Assembly (NCBI GenBank): GCA_963818975.1
Contig: CAWFUI010000015.1
Location: 230,979-294,978, forward strand
Direction of reading: 5' to 3'
DNA: 64,000 nucleotides
Source of the DNA: an uncultured Planctomycetota bacterium
GTDB lineage: Bacteria; Planctomycetota; Planctomycetia; Isosphaerales; Isosphaeraceae
The translations under genes and the position numbers were made by a program. Position 1 is the first letter of the stretch, and the number at the start of each line of letters is the position of its first letter. This document shows positions 63,788 through 64,000 of the stretch, piece after piece. Under the pieces are notes generated by a model, which was not told where the DNA came from, ran no database searches, and saw only the letters and a list, made by a program, of their open reading frames with translations.

Positions 63788-64000
63788 AGACGTTTTGCAT
63801 CGCTTTTTTAGGTTTGTTCGCCGCGTTGTTGTCGCTTGTCTCGAGCACCGGTTTTGCCGCCGAAGACCTGCCTAAACAGGTTTGGGCCGTGACTCGCGAC
63901 GACGAAGAGCAAGATGTAATCTTTGTTCAGGGCGATCGGCCCGTGCTCGTCCGGTTCCACGTTTGGGCGGGCGACAAGGGCTTTCGGATGGCCTGGGCAA
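63784..64000 (+). CDS. hypothetical secreted protein, 5' part only (runs off window end)
   Basis: The GTG start at 63784 overlaps the DUF1501 stop. It encodes the signal-peptide-like VKTFCIAFLGLFAALLSLVSSTGFAAEDLPK... Confidence 0.4.
   Translation, partial: MKTFCIAFLGLFAALLSLVSSTGFAAEDLPKQVWAVTRDDEEQDVIFVQGDRPVLVRFHVWAGDKGFRMAWA

Noticed and set aside
1-64000. Treating each fragmented ORF (lon x3, flotillin x3, giant lectin protein x6 and others) as separate genes or as true pseudogenes
   Set aside because: The fragments rejoin into full-length, highly conserved proteins after single-base corrections in homopolymers. The density of slips across essential genes indicates sequence error rather than biology.

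Overview
This window is a 64 kb chromosomal segment with about 62% GC. Several protein families point to a Planctomycetes-type genome: DUF1559 proteins with a prepilin-like N-terminus, a PSD1 (DUF1549/DUF1553) plus DUF1501 pair, giant WD40 and lectin/FN3 repeat proteins, and an ECF sigma factor with an S2P protease. No rRNA, tRNA, CRISPR array, transposase or integrase could be supported.

The sequence appears to carry many single-base indels, mostly in homopolymer runs. These split clearly intact housekeeping genes (lon, pckG, the type IIA topoisomerase A and B subunits, a flotillin, and others) across two or three ORFs in the supplied track. I have therefore stitched those ORFs into single genes and flagged the frameshifts as probable sequencing artefacts rather than pseudogenes.

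Gene content in order:
- DUF1559 protein (partial) with a small coupled upstream gene.
- Hybrid sensor kinase and Lon protease.
- A minus-strand run: S2P (M50) protease, a small membrane protein, ECF sigma factor, anti-sigma factor, a secreted protein and an atypical DUF1559-domain protein.
- dapF, folD and a sugar-phosphate isomerase operon, followed by a perfect palindromic terminator.
- Aquaporin and GTP-PEPCK.
- Type IIA topoisomerase subunits in A-then-B order.
- A BlaI, BlaR1 and CarbopepD-regulatory-domain operon.
- A tight three-gene operon: a TPP-dependent keto-acid decarboxylase, an MfnB-like (DUF556) protein and an ATC-hydrolase-like protein. This is my candidate for an undescribed small-molecule pathway.
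- A flotillin gene.
- A roughly 7.7 kb gene for a giant secreted PQQ-propeller, FN3 and L-type-lectin repeat protein.
- An ExbB, ExbD, ExbD cluster.
- A gene with in-frame 105 bp tandem repeats.
- A SAM methyltransferase, a low-GC (probably horizontally acquired) YdeI-like gene, a DUF1801 gene and a sialate-O-acetylesterase-like gene.
- A roughly 4 kb low-coding zone with a strand-biased dispersed 18-mer (CAGACAGTCTGCGATCGG) next to local tandem duplications. It holds a TetR and SDR unit with twin perfect operators, an HD hydrolase and a HIRAN protein.
- A translationally coupled operon of a giant (about 1,600 aa) WD40 protein, a PSD1-type protein and a DUF1501 protein.
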